IMG/VR virus record: IMGVR_UViG_3300020045_004499
Coordinates: 1 to 45,222 of that record
Length of the DNA: 45,222 nt
Source of the DNA: a virus
Taxonomy: Duplodnaviria; Caudoviricetes
Strand: one strand, 5' to 3'
The position numbers and the translations under genes are program-made. The notes under the pieces are model-generated. The model worked only from the letters and a program-made list of their open reading frames with translations, did not search any database and was not told the DNA's origin. Shown piece after piece: positions 35,067 through 43,318 of this stretch (the first letter of the stretch is position 1; each line of letters opens with the position of its first letter).

Positions 35067-35662
35067 CCGAGAGCAACCTTTTTGAACCGCAAGCAAAACG
35101 CCGGGTAGAGCCGCGGTATCATCGACTCTTCAACATCGAAAAATAGCCCGTGGCCTTCGACAAGCTGTCGAAGGTCGCTGCGGCGGTAAGACATCATATG
35201 AAACCCGCGATCTGTGCCGCTTCGTGGTCCCATGAGATGCCGAGCATAGAATTCATCGCCGGTTTCTCGCAGTAAACGCAACGCCTCGTCGTGGTCCGGA
35301 ACATCCAGCCGCAGGATACCGCCAGGCTTCAAAACTGCCTTGATTCGCTCAAGAGCCTGATGTGCTTCAGCGATGCTCAAATGCTCGAAACATTGACGCG
35401 AGAGAAGCTCATCCACCGATCCCGGGGGCACAGGCAGGAAGTCGAAGCTGCCGTATCGGTCGCAAACCATCTTCTGCATGATTGGAGCCCGTAGCGTCTC
35501 GATGGTCTTGTCCTTGTGCCTTCCGTAGTAATCGCTCTCGTCTGTGGCAAGTGCTTCGACAAGGTCTTGACGGTCCGCAGCAAGGAACACGTTCGGGGAT
35601 GGCAGGTCAACATTCACCCATCCACGCAGGTACACAGACCCGGAGCCAACATGCAGTTTCAC
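35054..35662 (-). CDS. SAM-dependent methyltransferase (Methyltransf_11-like)
   Basis: KLHVGSG.....GWVNVD, SVDE.......EHL, VLKPGG.LR..VPD; GTGA overlap. Confidence 0.88.
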   Translation of the reverse strand: MKLHVGSGSVYLRGWVNVDLPSPNVFLAADRQDLVEALATDESDYYGRHKDKTIETLRAPIMQKMVCDRYGSFDFLPVPPGSVDELLSRQCFEHLSIAEAHQALERIKAVLKPGGILRLDVPDHDEALRLLRETGDEFYARHLMGPRSGTDRGFHMMSYRRSDLRQLVEGHGLFFDVEESMIPRLYPAFCLRFKKVALGCIE

Positions 35663-36354
35663 AGGTAGCCGCAGTCCTCCGGAAGCTTCGTCCAGAATGT
35701 TTTTGCCATTCGCCGAACGCTCGGCATATAACGCGACGTAATCAGACGACCGTCCGCAATTCTGGAGTTTTGGTTTGAGGCGCGAACCTGGTCCTTCACG
35801 CGATGGTGAATCACCCTTGATGCGTAGATCGGAGCAACCCCGTGGCCGGCCAGCAGCACCTTGAACGTGATCGCATTGTCTGAGCCGTACATTGTCAGGT
35901 CCTGATCGAACCATCCGACCGCATCGCCTATCTTGCGCCGAATGATGCCGAAGTTTGCATACGGCAGATACCACAAGTCGCAAATGCGGAACGCCGCTTC
36001 GCCGGGATCTCGAAACGGCATGCACCCGAGCCCAATATCCGGATTCTGTCGCATGAAATCCACCGCCGCCACATCCCATCCCTGCGTCACTTCCGCGTCA
36101 TCGTTCATCCAGGTCACAAACTCGCCTTTGCATTCGCGGAAAGCCGCGTTGTAGCCAGCAACGTAAGTTCTACGTGGTCGCTCGGCGATGATCCTCGCCT
36201 GAGGTGGAAGATTTACCTGAGTCGGAGACGATCCAGCGTCGATGATTAGCAACTCGTAATCCAGTGTCGTGATCTCGACTACTGAACGAACGAACCGCTG
36301 AAGGCTATCCTGCCTGTCGACCGTGCCGGTAACTATCGAGAGAACTGGAGTCAC
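35659..36354 (-). CDS. glycosyltransferase family 2
   Basis: LSIV..T.DR, YELLIIDAGS, YN.AF....GEFV.WMNDD, VG.FD.....YG.D. Confidence 0.93.
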   Translation of the reverse strand: MTPVLSIVTGTVDRQDSLQRFVRSVVEITTLDYELLIIDAGSSPTQVNLPPQARIIAERPRRTYVAGYNAAFRECKGEFVTWMNDDAEVTQGWDVAAVDFMRQNPDIGLGCMPFRDPGEAAFRICDLWYLPYANFGIIRRKIGDAVGWFDQDLTMYGSDNAITFKVLLAGHGVAPIYASRVIHHRVKDQVRASNQNSRIADGRLITSRYMPSVRRMAKTFWTKLPEDCGYL

Positions 36355-36515
36355 TCCGGCGCGTCCTCTTCGGGTTTCCTCTCAGCCGCCTGCTCAATCT
36401 CGGCGATGCGCCTGTCCCTTGCCGCAATTTCAGATCGCAAGCTGTCAACCGTGAGGCAGTAGTCCGCGACCATGACCTTGAGCCGGAGGATTATTTGCTG
36501 AGTTTGTTGATCCAT
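36351..36515 (-). CDS. small coiled-coil protein
   Basis: MDQQTQQIILRLK...; starts 3 nt after the upstream stop. Confidence 0.55.
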   Translation of the reverse strand: MDQQTQQIILRLKVMVADYCLTVDSLRSEIAARDRRIAEIEQAAERKPEEDAPE

Positions 36516-36517
36516 TG

Positions 36518-37282
36518 TTATGGCGTCGCGTTCTGCCAATAGGGAACCCATGCAACGTCGGTTCCGATGTAAATCTTCAACCATCCAGTGTTTTCCGTTG
36601 CCGGTGCTTGCCCACCTGCGACGACATAGGAGTTCGTCGTTGTCGAGTCCGTCGCATTCGTGAACGTTGTGCGCGATGCCGCGCCGCTAACGTCTCCACC
36701 TGCTCGAACCTCAGACCCGAAATCGACCGCGCCCGTCCCCGTCTTGATGGCGTAGTTGTTGACCCCTGAAGTCTGATTCATTATCATCAGACCAATATTG
36801 TCAGTTACTGTTCCTGAGCTTTTATAATTTCCGGATATCCGAATCGTTTCAAGACTGTCGAGTGTCCCACTCCCAGCGAATCCAACATTTGTGAAGATTC
36901 CTGTCCATCTTGAGGCTGAGGCTACCGCCGTTTCATGCTCAATATAGACACCTGTGCCACCGGAGGTATTCGCATAATTGGTAAATGATGCAGTCTGAGC
37001 GTTGGTCCCATTGAAAGCGATTACCAATCCATCACTGCCAGTGAAATACAGACTAGCGCTCGAATCCACCCCGCTGCCCGTCCCGTAGACGATCTGATTG
37101 GCGGGCTCGGAGACGCCACCGCTGCCAATAGGATCGCCATTCTCGTCAAGCAGCGAGTATCCCGGCCCCATTTGAACCGTCCCGTTCAGGCGATCATGCG
37201 TGAAAATCGGCTGGCCCATCTCATCGAAGACCACGTTGCCAAACGCCAGCTTTGATGTTTTGCTCGTCAGGAATACGTTCAT
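36518..37282 (-). CDS. fibre-like structural protein
   Basis: Gly/Thr/Ser-rich, NYAI.TG.G.V.FG, C-terminal GWLKIYIG....WVPYW typical of fibre tips. Confidence 0.65.
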   Translation of the reverse strand: MNVFLTSKTSKLAFGNVVFDEMGQPIFTHDRLNGTVQMGPGYSLLDENGDPIGSGGVSEPANQIVYGTGSGVDSSASLYFTGSDGLVIAFNGTNAQTASFTNYANTSGGTGVYIEHETAVASASRWTGIFTNVGFAGSGTLDSLETIRISGNYKSSGTVTDNIGLMIMNQTSGVNNYAIKTGTGAVDFGSEVRAGGDVSGAASRTTFTNATDSTTTNSYVVAGGQAPATENTGWLKIYIGTDVAWVPYWQNATP

Positions 37283-37291
37283 CTCTTCATC

Positions 37292-37606
37292 CTATCCAAG
37301 TTGACGCTGGATGATCACGGCGATATGGCCATCGTTGGGATAGGTCATCTTCGTGTCGTCATCAAACGTGACCTCAAACTCCGCGATGAACTCGCCTTCC
37401 ACATCGGTCTCTCCGTTTTGCCATTCGTATTGCACCGTCGCGGGATTCGTTTCGCTGGTGACTACGGCGGTCTCATCCAGCCGCACCGCTATCCCAATCG
37501 CATCTCGCATCAGGAAGCGAACCGTCGCGCCAGTCAGGTCCGCTTCTTCAAGAGTCGCCGTGATCGGCAATTGCGTGTCGCCTTGCTTGATGTAGAAGCG
37601 TTGCAT
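37292..37606 (-). CDS. BppU N-terminal-like domain protein
   Basis: FYIKQGDT...I.ATL...DLTGATVRF.M, VQY.W..G.T...G.F.AEFEVTF.D...TYPN.G. Confidence 0.85.
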   Translation of the reverse strand: MQRFYIKQGDTQLPITATLEEADLTGATVRFLMRDAIGIAVRLDETAVVTSETNPATVQYEWQNGETDVEGEFIAEFEVTFDDDTKMTYPNDGHIAVIIQRQLG

Positions 37607-37607
37607 A

Positions 37608-39392
37608 TTAAGGCTCGTGAACCAGGATGGAATTTTTCCCGTCGCTGATCGAAGCAGTTCGGCGGCCATTGGCGACCAACGCCGTATTTCGACTGCTGGC
37701 TAGCGATAGCACTCGGCGGCCATCGGCTACAAGGGCTGTATTTCTACTGCGACCGAGAGATAGCACTCGCCCTGTTCCCGGATTCCATGTGATCGCTTCG
37801 CCGCTGATCGCGCCGCTTGCACTGAAGAGGACCACGACCACAGAGCCTAGTTTCCCAGGCGCGTTTATATCGGCAACTGGTGAAAATGTGAGTGTTGCCG
37901 TGGATCGGATCTGCCCAGATGCCCTTAACTCGGCAGAAGTTGTGAACGCTGTAGACGCGACAGCCTGCAACTTCCCGGTTGCGCTGATATCAGCAACAGG
38001 GCTAAAGGCCAGCGTTGCAGTTGCGGTGACCGTGCCGGCTGCGCTGATGTCGGCAGACGTGGTGAATGCAATATCCGACATCGAAGCGAGAGCCCCAGTC
38101 GCATTGATGTCCGTCGCCGTCGAAAAGAGAAGCGTTGAGGTTGCCGAGATGTCTTGGCTAGTACCAGCAGCAAGATTTGCCGCCGTGCTGAAACTTAAGG
38201 TTGCAATGGTGGTAAGCGTTCCAGCGGCGCTAATTGCCGCCGAGGGTGAGAACGCCAGATTGGCGGATGCCGCAACGGCCCCCGCTGCGTTGATATCAGC
38301 AACTGAACTGAAGGTTACTGATGCCGTGGCCGCGAGTGAACCAGGAGCATTGACGTCAGCGACATCACTGAAGGCAAGGCTTGCCGTAGTTGTCAGCGAC
38401 CCAAGGGCAGATACATCCGCGAGCGGACTAAAGACAACGGTAGCGGTTGCAGCAAGCGCTCCCGTTGCACTGATGTCCGCCTCTGGACTGAATGCCAGTG
38501 TTGCTGCTGCGGATACTGTCCCGGCTGCGCTGACATCGCCTGACGTGGCAAACGACAGCGACGCGGTTGCTGCGATGTTTTGATTTATCGCTGAAGTTAA
38601 ATCGGACGCCGGGCTAAATACGGCGGTTGCTGCAGCGCTCAGCTTGCCGGTAGCGTTGATATCCGCAACGGGACTGAGGGCGACAAGGGCGCTGCCTGTC
38701 AGCTTGCCGGTAGCGTTGATATCCGCGAGGGGCGAAAACGCCGGAGCTGCTGTGGCCGTGAGAACTTCGAGGACTTCGGAGAATGTGGCAACGGCCAGCG
38801 CAGTATCGTCGTTCCCTGTGTAGCTACAGGTGAAGTTCCCAGTCCCCGGCGTGGTCTGCATATCCACGCTGCCGAACTGCGCCGTGAAGTTGTGGGTATG
38901 CAGGTTACTCATGTTCGCGTTCGGCGTCGGGGCCGCTGAACCGCCAAAGTAGAACGCGCTGATCGTGACGCAGGTTCGCCCCGCGGTCTGCATTGTGACC
39001 GATGGATTGTTGGTGTTTTCTTGGACCGAATCGGTATCGACGAGATCGATATTCTTGGCGCCGTTGAACGCGAAGACGACGAACTGAATATCGTCTGTGG
39101 TTGCGGAAGTCAAATCCGCGGAAACGGTCTGGGTTCCTGTCGGCACTCCCCGACCAAGCCACCAGATGTCAGCACGGCCGGGCTCGTTTGCTGTGTCAGC
39201 AGCAGTCACGGCGCGGGCCATCGCGACCCCGCCGTAAGTCATCGATGAGATATGGTCGGTGGAAGAATCTGAGTGAATGGCGCAGACGCAGATTCCTCTT
39301 GGGGTCGCATTAGGCGTGTAATTGAAGGTATATGGATCGGAGGTGTCTGTACGGACTGACTCCGTCCGCGTTGCGTCAACGCTGATTGCCAT
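37608..39392 (-). CDS. large structural protein with about 20-aa Ala/Thr/Ser repeats (neck/collar fibre candidate)
   Basis: Globular N-terminal domain followed by many ATxxLAFSPxADIxAxG units. Confidence 0.7.
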   Translation of the reverse strand: MAISVDATRTESVRTDTSDPYTFNYTPNATPRGICVCAIHSDSSTDHISSMTYGGVAMARAVTAADTANEPGRADIWWLGRGVPTGTQTVSADLTSATTDDIQFVVFAFNGAKNIDLVDTDSVQENTNNPSVTMQTAGRTCVTISAFYFGGSAAPTPNANMSNLHTHNFTAQFGSVDMQTTPGTGNFTCSYTGNDDTALAVATFSEVLEVLTATAAPAFSPLADINATGKLTGSALVALSPVADINATGKLSAAATAVFSPASDLTSAINQNIAATASLSFATSGDVSAAGTVSAAATLAFSPEADISATGALAATATVVFSPLADVSALGSLTTTASLAFSDVADVNAPGSLAATASVTFSSVADINAAGAVAASANLAFSPSAAISAAGTLTTIATLSFSTAANLAAGTSQDISATSTLLFSTATDINATGALASMSDIAFTTSADISAAGTVTATATLAFSPVADISATGKLQAVASTAFTTSAELRASGQIRSTATLTFSPVADINAPGKLGSVVVVLFSASGAISGEAITWNPGTGRVLSLGRSRNTALVADGRRVLSLASSRNTALVANGRRTASISDGKNSILVHEP

Positions 39393-39398
39393 TTTATT

Positions 39399-39689
39399 TC
39401 ATCGCCGAATATAGACCGACTTCCGGTCTACACTGAGAGCCGCCTGTAATTCTTCGGCGTTTGCGTCGGTGAGATCAGCAACAATGGTGAACTTGCGGCT
39501 ATGGTCTCCCGCTGCCCGCTTCGCTATCGTGCCGCCATGCCGGAGAAACGCGCTCAACTTGAATGCCGTCTCGTAGTTCATCGTCACCGTGGCCTTGCCG
39601 ATTGTCATCACGACGTCAACGTTTTCAACGCGAACCCCATACGGCGTTTGCTTGAGAATCTTCTCGCCGACTGTCTTGAAAAGTTGCAT
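39399..39689 (-). CDS. hypothetical protein
   Basis: 96-aa ORF in a tight operon. Confidence 0.6.
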   Translation of the reverse strand: MQLFKTVGEKILKQTPYGVRVENVDVVMTIGKATVTMNYETAFKLSAFLRHGGTIAKRAAGDHSRKFTIVADLTDANAEELQAALSVDRKSVYIRR

Positions 39690-39691
39690 TG

Positions 39692-40135
39692 TCAGTCCAG
39701 GTTGATATCGAGCGCCCCGATAGCAAACTGCGGATTGACACCGTTATTAATCACGAGGTCGGCGTCCAGGTCCGCATGAATCCTCAGCACGTTGCCTGTC
39801 GCCAGCAACCCGAGTCCAAGATGCACGACTGTATCCGGACCGCCTGCGGACATCTCGCCGAATTGGATCAACGCGGCATTGCTGCAGTTGTTGCCAGAGA
39901 CGGTCCATCCCGCGCTACTCCGCGCCTGCGTCGGACGCGCGTATCCGGTATAGGCGACCTCCGTTGCCGTCAACAACGTGTCGGTATCGGTCAGCGCTGA
40001 CGTACTGAGAGCCAGTTGCGTGCTGCCCGCCGTGGCTGTCGCGGGAATGCCGGTAGCGTCTCCAACGTCAGCCAAGGCCGTGTTGTTGAACAAGTAGAGC
40101 AAAAGTTTATTCTCGAAATCATTGACTGCTGACAT
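39692..40135 (-). CDS. conserved virion fibre-associated structural protein
   Basis: FEN.LL..LFN, LAL.T, EV.YTGYAR, N...I.F, P.F..GAL signature. Confidence 0.75.
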   Translation of the reverse strand: MSAVNDFENKLLLYLFNNTALADVGDATGIPATATAGSTQLALSTSALTDTDTLLTATEVAYTGYARPTQARSSAGWTVSGNNCSNAALIQFGEMSAGGPDTVVHLGLGLLATGNVLRIHADLDADLVINNGVNPQFAIGALDINLD

Positions 40136-40161
40136 GGCTGGTAGCCCTCCCTATCCCGAAG

Positions 40162-40512
40162 TTACGCAAACGGCGGATCAAACGAGGTCGAAAGTAAGTC
40201 GCGCACCGTTCCTGAAAGCACATCCGCGATGCTTCCTTCCCGGTTTTCGTAAAGCTCTCCGAGTACCAGTAAAACGGTAGCTTTAACGTTGCCACTCACC
40301 GACAGAACTGGCGGAGAGTCTTCGGTGTAATAAACCGGCCGCAGTGTCGGCGGCGACGTGTCTTCGTCATATTCGCCAGTTGGAATCGCGTCATATCCCA
40401 TGTGCTTCAGCACGATCGCTGATGCCAGCTGAAGCTTTAACTCGACGTTGTAAGAGTCGTCGTCATTGGCCCTAAGATGGTCAAGCGCCTGCGAAAGTGA
40501 GACTAGAATCAT
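40162..40512 (-). CDS. head-tail connector (HK97 gp6-like)
   Basis: LVSL.QA..HLR, AS..V..H, V..A.LL..GELYENRE. Confidence 0.9.
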   Translation of the reverse strand: MILVSLSQALDHLRANDDDSYNVELKLQLASAIVLKHMGYDAIPTGEYDEDTSPPTLRPVYYTEDSPPVLSVSGNVKATVLLVLGELYENREGSIADVLSGTVRDLLSTSFDPPFA

Positions 40513-41642
40513 TGGTAGCGAAGATCCCTTCCGTTTTGGCCGGTGTCGCCCTTCTCGCCTTTTTCGCCCTTGCCGTCTTTGCCCTTCTTGACGGCCAGCT
40601 GCCAGTCCTGCGAGTCTCCAGGCGTGGCCTTTGTCGTTTCCGCAAGGCACACCCACGTCGAGCCGTCCTTAACCGTGCAGTCACCCTTGGTGTAAGCCTG
40701 CCCGGCCCTGAACACGCCCTGAAAAATCATCATCGGGATGTAGGTGACGACAACATTCGTAGTCCCATCGGAGAACATAGTTTTGAACGTGAAGCGGCGC
40801 GGATCTTCTGCGGACTGTTCGGTTTCATGGTCTACCACGCTACGAGGCTCTGCAGGCGCAGCGATGATCTGACGCCATTCGACGCCATTGAATCGCGCCA
40901 ACCCGCCCTTGTATTGCGCGAATGTCCCGCGTGGGTATGACTTGGATTCATCGACGCTTTCGAGGATTTGGATGTCTAGAGCGTCGTGTCCGTCGATCCC
41001 CTTCTCACCGCGTTCTCCGCGCTCTCCAGTTATGCCGCGCTCTCCTTGGTCACCGCGTGGGCCGGGTTCGCCCTTGGCTCCCGCTGGTCCTTGCTCGCCG
41101 CGATCGCCGCGAATGGATTCTCCCGGCATGCCTCGCTCGCCCTGCGGACCAATTGGACCAATCGGGCCAGTTTCGCCGCGAATGGATTCTCCCGGTAACC
41201 CGCGTTCGCCTGTGTCGCCTTTTAATCCGCGTTCACCCTGTGGTCCCGCTGGTCCGATGGGACCAACGATGTCCTGCCCATCAAGTCCGCGTTCGCCACT
41301 TTCCCCACGGGGGCCTACTGGACCAATCTCGCCACGTTCTCCGCGCTGCCCGTCCCGAGGAACCGGAATAAGGGACACTACATCTGCAGCCAGCTTCACC
41401 AGATCGACGGGAGGCGCATCTTGGCCACGTTCTCCGCGGTCACCCTTGATCGATTCTCCACGTTCGCCCTGAGGGCCAACAGGGCCGCAAGGAATGGCCT
41501 TAATCCTCAACTCCAGATCGCCGATGGAATTCCGCAGCGCCGCGTTCTCGCGCTGCAGGTCGCGGGTCCGCTCGTCAATCGCGGAGTCGATGGCCTTGCG
41601 AATCGAGCCTAAAAGGACAACCGCCTCCGCTTCGTCGATCAT
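40509..41642 (-). CDS. collagen-like (Gly-X-Y) portal-adjacent protein
   Basis: Long GERGE/GPQGE tracts; C-terminal FQGVF....Y.KGD....GSTW.C...T...PG.S.DW.LAVKKG.DG. Confidence 0.85.
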   Translation of the reverse strand: MIDEAEAVVLLGSIRKAIDSAIDERTRDLQRENAALRNSIGDLELRIKAIPCGPVGPQGERGESIKGDRGERGQDAPPVDLVKLAADVVSLIPVPRDGQRGERGEIGPVGPRGESGERGLDGQDIVGPIGPAGPQGERGLKGDTGERGLPGESIRGETGPIGPIGPQGERGMPGESIRGDRGEQGPAGAKGEPGPRGDQGERGITGERGERGEKGIDGHDALDIQILESVDESKSYPRGTFAQYKGGLARFNGVEWRQIIAAPAEPRSVVDHETEQSAEDPRRFTFKTMFSDGTTNVVVTYIPMMIFQGVFRAGQAYTKGDCTVKDGSTWVCLAETTKATPGDSQDWQLAVKKGKDGKGEKGEKGDTGQNGRDLRYQ

Positions 41643-43006
41643 TTGGCTACCAATACCTCATCGGAGAGTTGTGCGAATCGAGTCAGGCTCAATCCCTTTG
41701 ACACTGGCTCTGAGTTTGCTGGCTGCGCTGGCGCTGCGCTATTCGATGCGAACGGGTCGGCCTGTGCATCGCGTTTTGCAAGGGCCGCTAGGCTGTAGTT
41801 CTGCTGTTGCAGATAAGGAGTGTCGCCACCAGAAACCGGGTGCATGTTCTTCCGGAATCGAGCCTCATCTGGAGACATCCATCCACCAGCAACCGCCTTA
41901 TTGTTGGACTCGAACAGCGCCGTCGTGTCCATCCGCATCAGGTTGTCGAGGTCCATCTCTGTACACATATCGGACGGCAACGACAGTCCCTCGTCGAGAG
42001 ACAGTTCAAACTTCTCAATGATGATCTGGAGACAATCGCTGTAATACATCAGCGTCAATGCTTCCGGGCTCGACGAATACGGCGGTAGCGGTCCTCCGAG
42101 CTTGTACATCGGATAATGGAAAGCGCGAGCCACATCTTCAACGGTCCACCGTAACTGCTCAATCAACTGAGCATCCGTGGCCGTCATCGTGATTTGCTCG
42201 TACTTCAAGCCGTCGCCGAGTACCGCAAGGCGCCCCACGTTGGCGCCCGTGAATTTTTCCTCCCACGTTCGCTTCATTCGCTCGGCAGTCTCATTCGAGA
42301 TTGAGCCGGGTGCCGTAAGGATGCCGCCGGGAGTGGAACGGTTTCCGAAAAGCCCCGTGCTGTTAGCCTGGATCTTGTTTCCCATCGTTGCCGACATGCC
42401 GCAAGCGTAGATAGGGGACACGCCGATGAGCGGATGCCATAGCGAGACCATCATGTCGTGGATGATCTCCGATGCCGGTACGGTTACGGTATCATCAAGC
42501 TGGGATAGATAGTCGGTCCGTAGTTCGTAAAAGACATCGCCATTGTCAGATATCAGCACCGTTACGCGGTTCGGGTCCAGGACGTAGAGCCTCGTGACAA
42601 TGCCGCGAGCATCGCGCTCCTTGAGGACGTACGTGTTCCCGTTTAGAAGTTCTGAAACGATGTACTGCTCAATAAACTTGATGCGGTTTTGGTAGTGGTT
42701 TGGCTTGCGTAAGACGGGCAACCACGGCGAATTCGCCGTGACCTCATCCCATATTCCGGCATTCTCACGGTCGAGCTTGATCCTGCACTTGGCGATGTCT
42801 CCAGCAATCCCAGTGACGCACGCGAAAACCGCAGAGAACGCGAGAATGCTTTCAACGCGATCAACCTCAGGCGCGTTCGCTTGCCATGCACCCGTCCACG
42901 GCTCATGAATGCCGAGCGGGCTCCACCAGTTCCATTGACTTGAGACGGACGTCAGCGTGTTGAGAGATTTCTGACGCCGAATCTCAAGACCGAACGGGAG
43001 CTTCAC
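41639..43006 (-). CDS. HK97-family portal protein
   Basis: AVFACV..IA.DIA, LRKPNHYQ, GNTYV, EIIH, G.SPI, F.N...PGGIL, DAQLIE, VARAF, G.MS.DEAR. Confidence 0.96.
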   Translation of the reverse strand: MKLPFGLEIRRQKSLNTLTSVSSQWNWWSPLGIHEPWTGAWQANAPEVDRVESILAFSAVFACVTGIAGDIAKCRIKLDRENAGIWDEVTANSPWLPVLRKPNHYQNRIKFIEQYIVSELLNGNTYVLKERDARGIVTRLYVLDPNRVTVLISDNGDVFYELRTDYLSQLDDTVTVPASEIIHDMMVSLWHPLIGVSPIYACGMSATMGNKIQANSTGLFGNRSTPGGILTAPGSISNETAERMKRTWEEKFTGANVGRLAVLGDGLKYEQITMTATDAQLIEQLRWTVEDVARAFHYPMYKLGGPLPPYSSSPEALTLMYYSDCLQIIIEKFELSLDEGLSLPSDMCTEMDLDNLMRMDTTALFESNNKAVAGGWMSPDEARFRKNMHPVSGGDTPYLQQQNYSLAALAKRDAQADPFASNSAAPAQPANSEPVSKGLSLTRFAQLSDEVLVAK

Positions 43007-43007
43007 C

Positions 43008-43262
43008 TTAAAGCTTTCCCTCGGCGGTCAAGTCCTTACGCTTGTACGCTCGCTTGGAGTCGGCGTCTGTAGATCCCTTCACCGATTCCGCGGCCATGTC
43101 CTTGCTTTCGACAGTCGCAGTCTTCGGCGTTGTCGGCCGGGGATACTCGGAGAGCCCCTGTGCAACGAGAAATTTAGCGTGGGCGGTCGTCGCGTCGTAT
43201 TTCGCGCCCGGCCTGCGCTGCTTGCGCCCATATTGGTGGGTTATCTTTGCGATGATTTCCAT
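43008..43262 (-). CDS. small head-associated protein
   Basis: AAAGGA RBS, ATG 43262; C-terminal KR.YKRKDL.AE motif common next to capsid genes. Confidence 0.7.
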   Translation of the reverse strand: MEIIAKITHQYGRKQRRPGAKYDATTAHAKFLVAQGLSEYPRPTTPKTATVESKDMAAESVKGSTDADSKRAYKRKDLTAEGKL

Positions 43263-43279
43263 GTGATCCTTTCCGAAAC

Positions 43280-43303
43280 GTGGCCCGCCCGAAGACGGGC
43301 CAC
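43280..43303 (-). terminator. UUCG hairpin after the capsid gene
   Basis: GTGGCCCGTC-TTCG-GGCGGGCCAC followed by GTTTC. Confidence 0.65.
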
Positions 43304-43318
43304 TCATTCAGGACTGAC

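Noticed and set aside
29983-36354. Cassette as DNA hypermodification or O-antigen conversion genes
   Set aside because: No hydroxymethylase, polymerase, GtrA/GtrB-like or multi-TM protein, and it sits in the morphogenesis operon. Disfavoured, not excluded.
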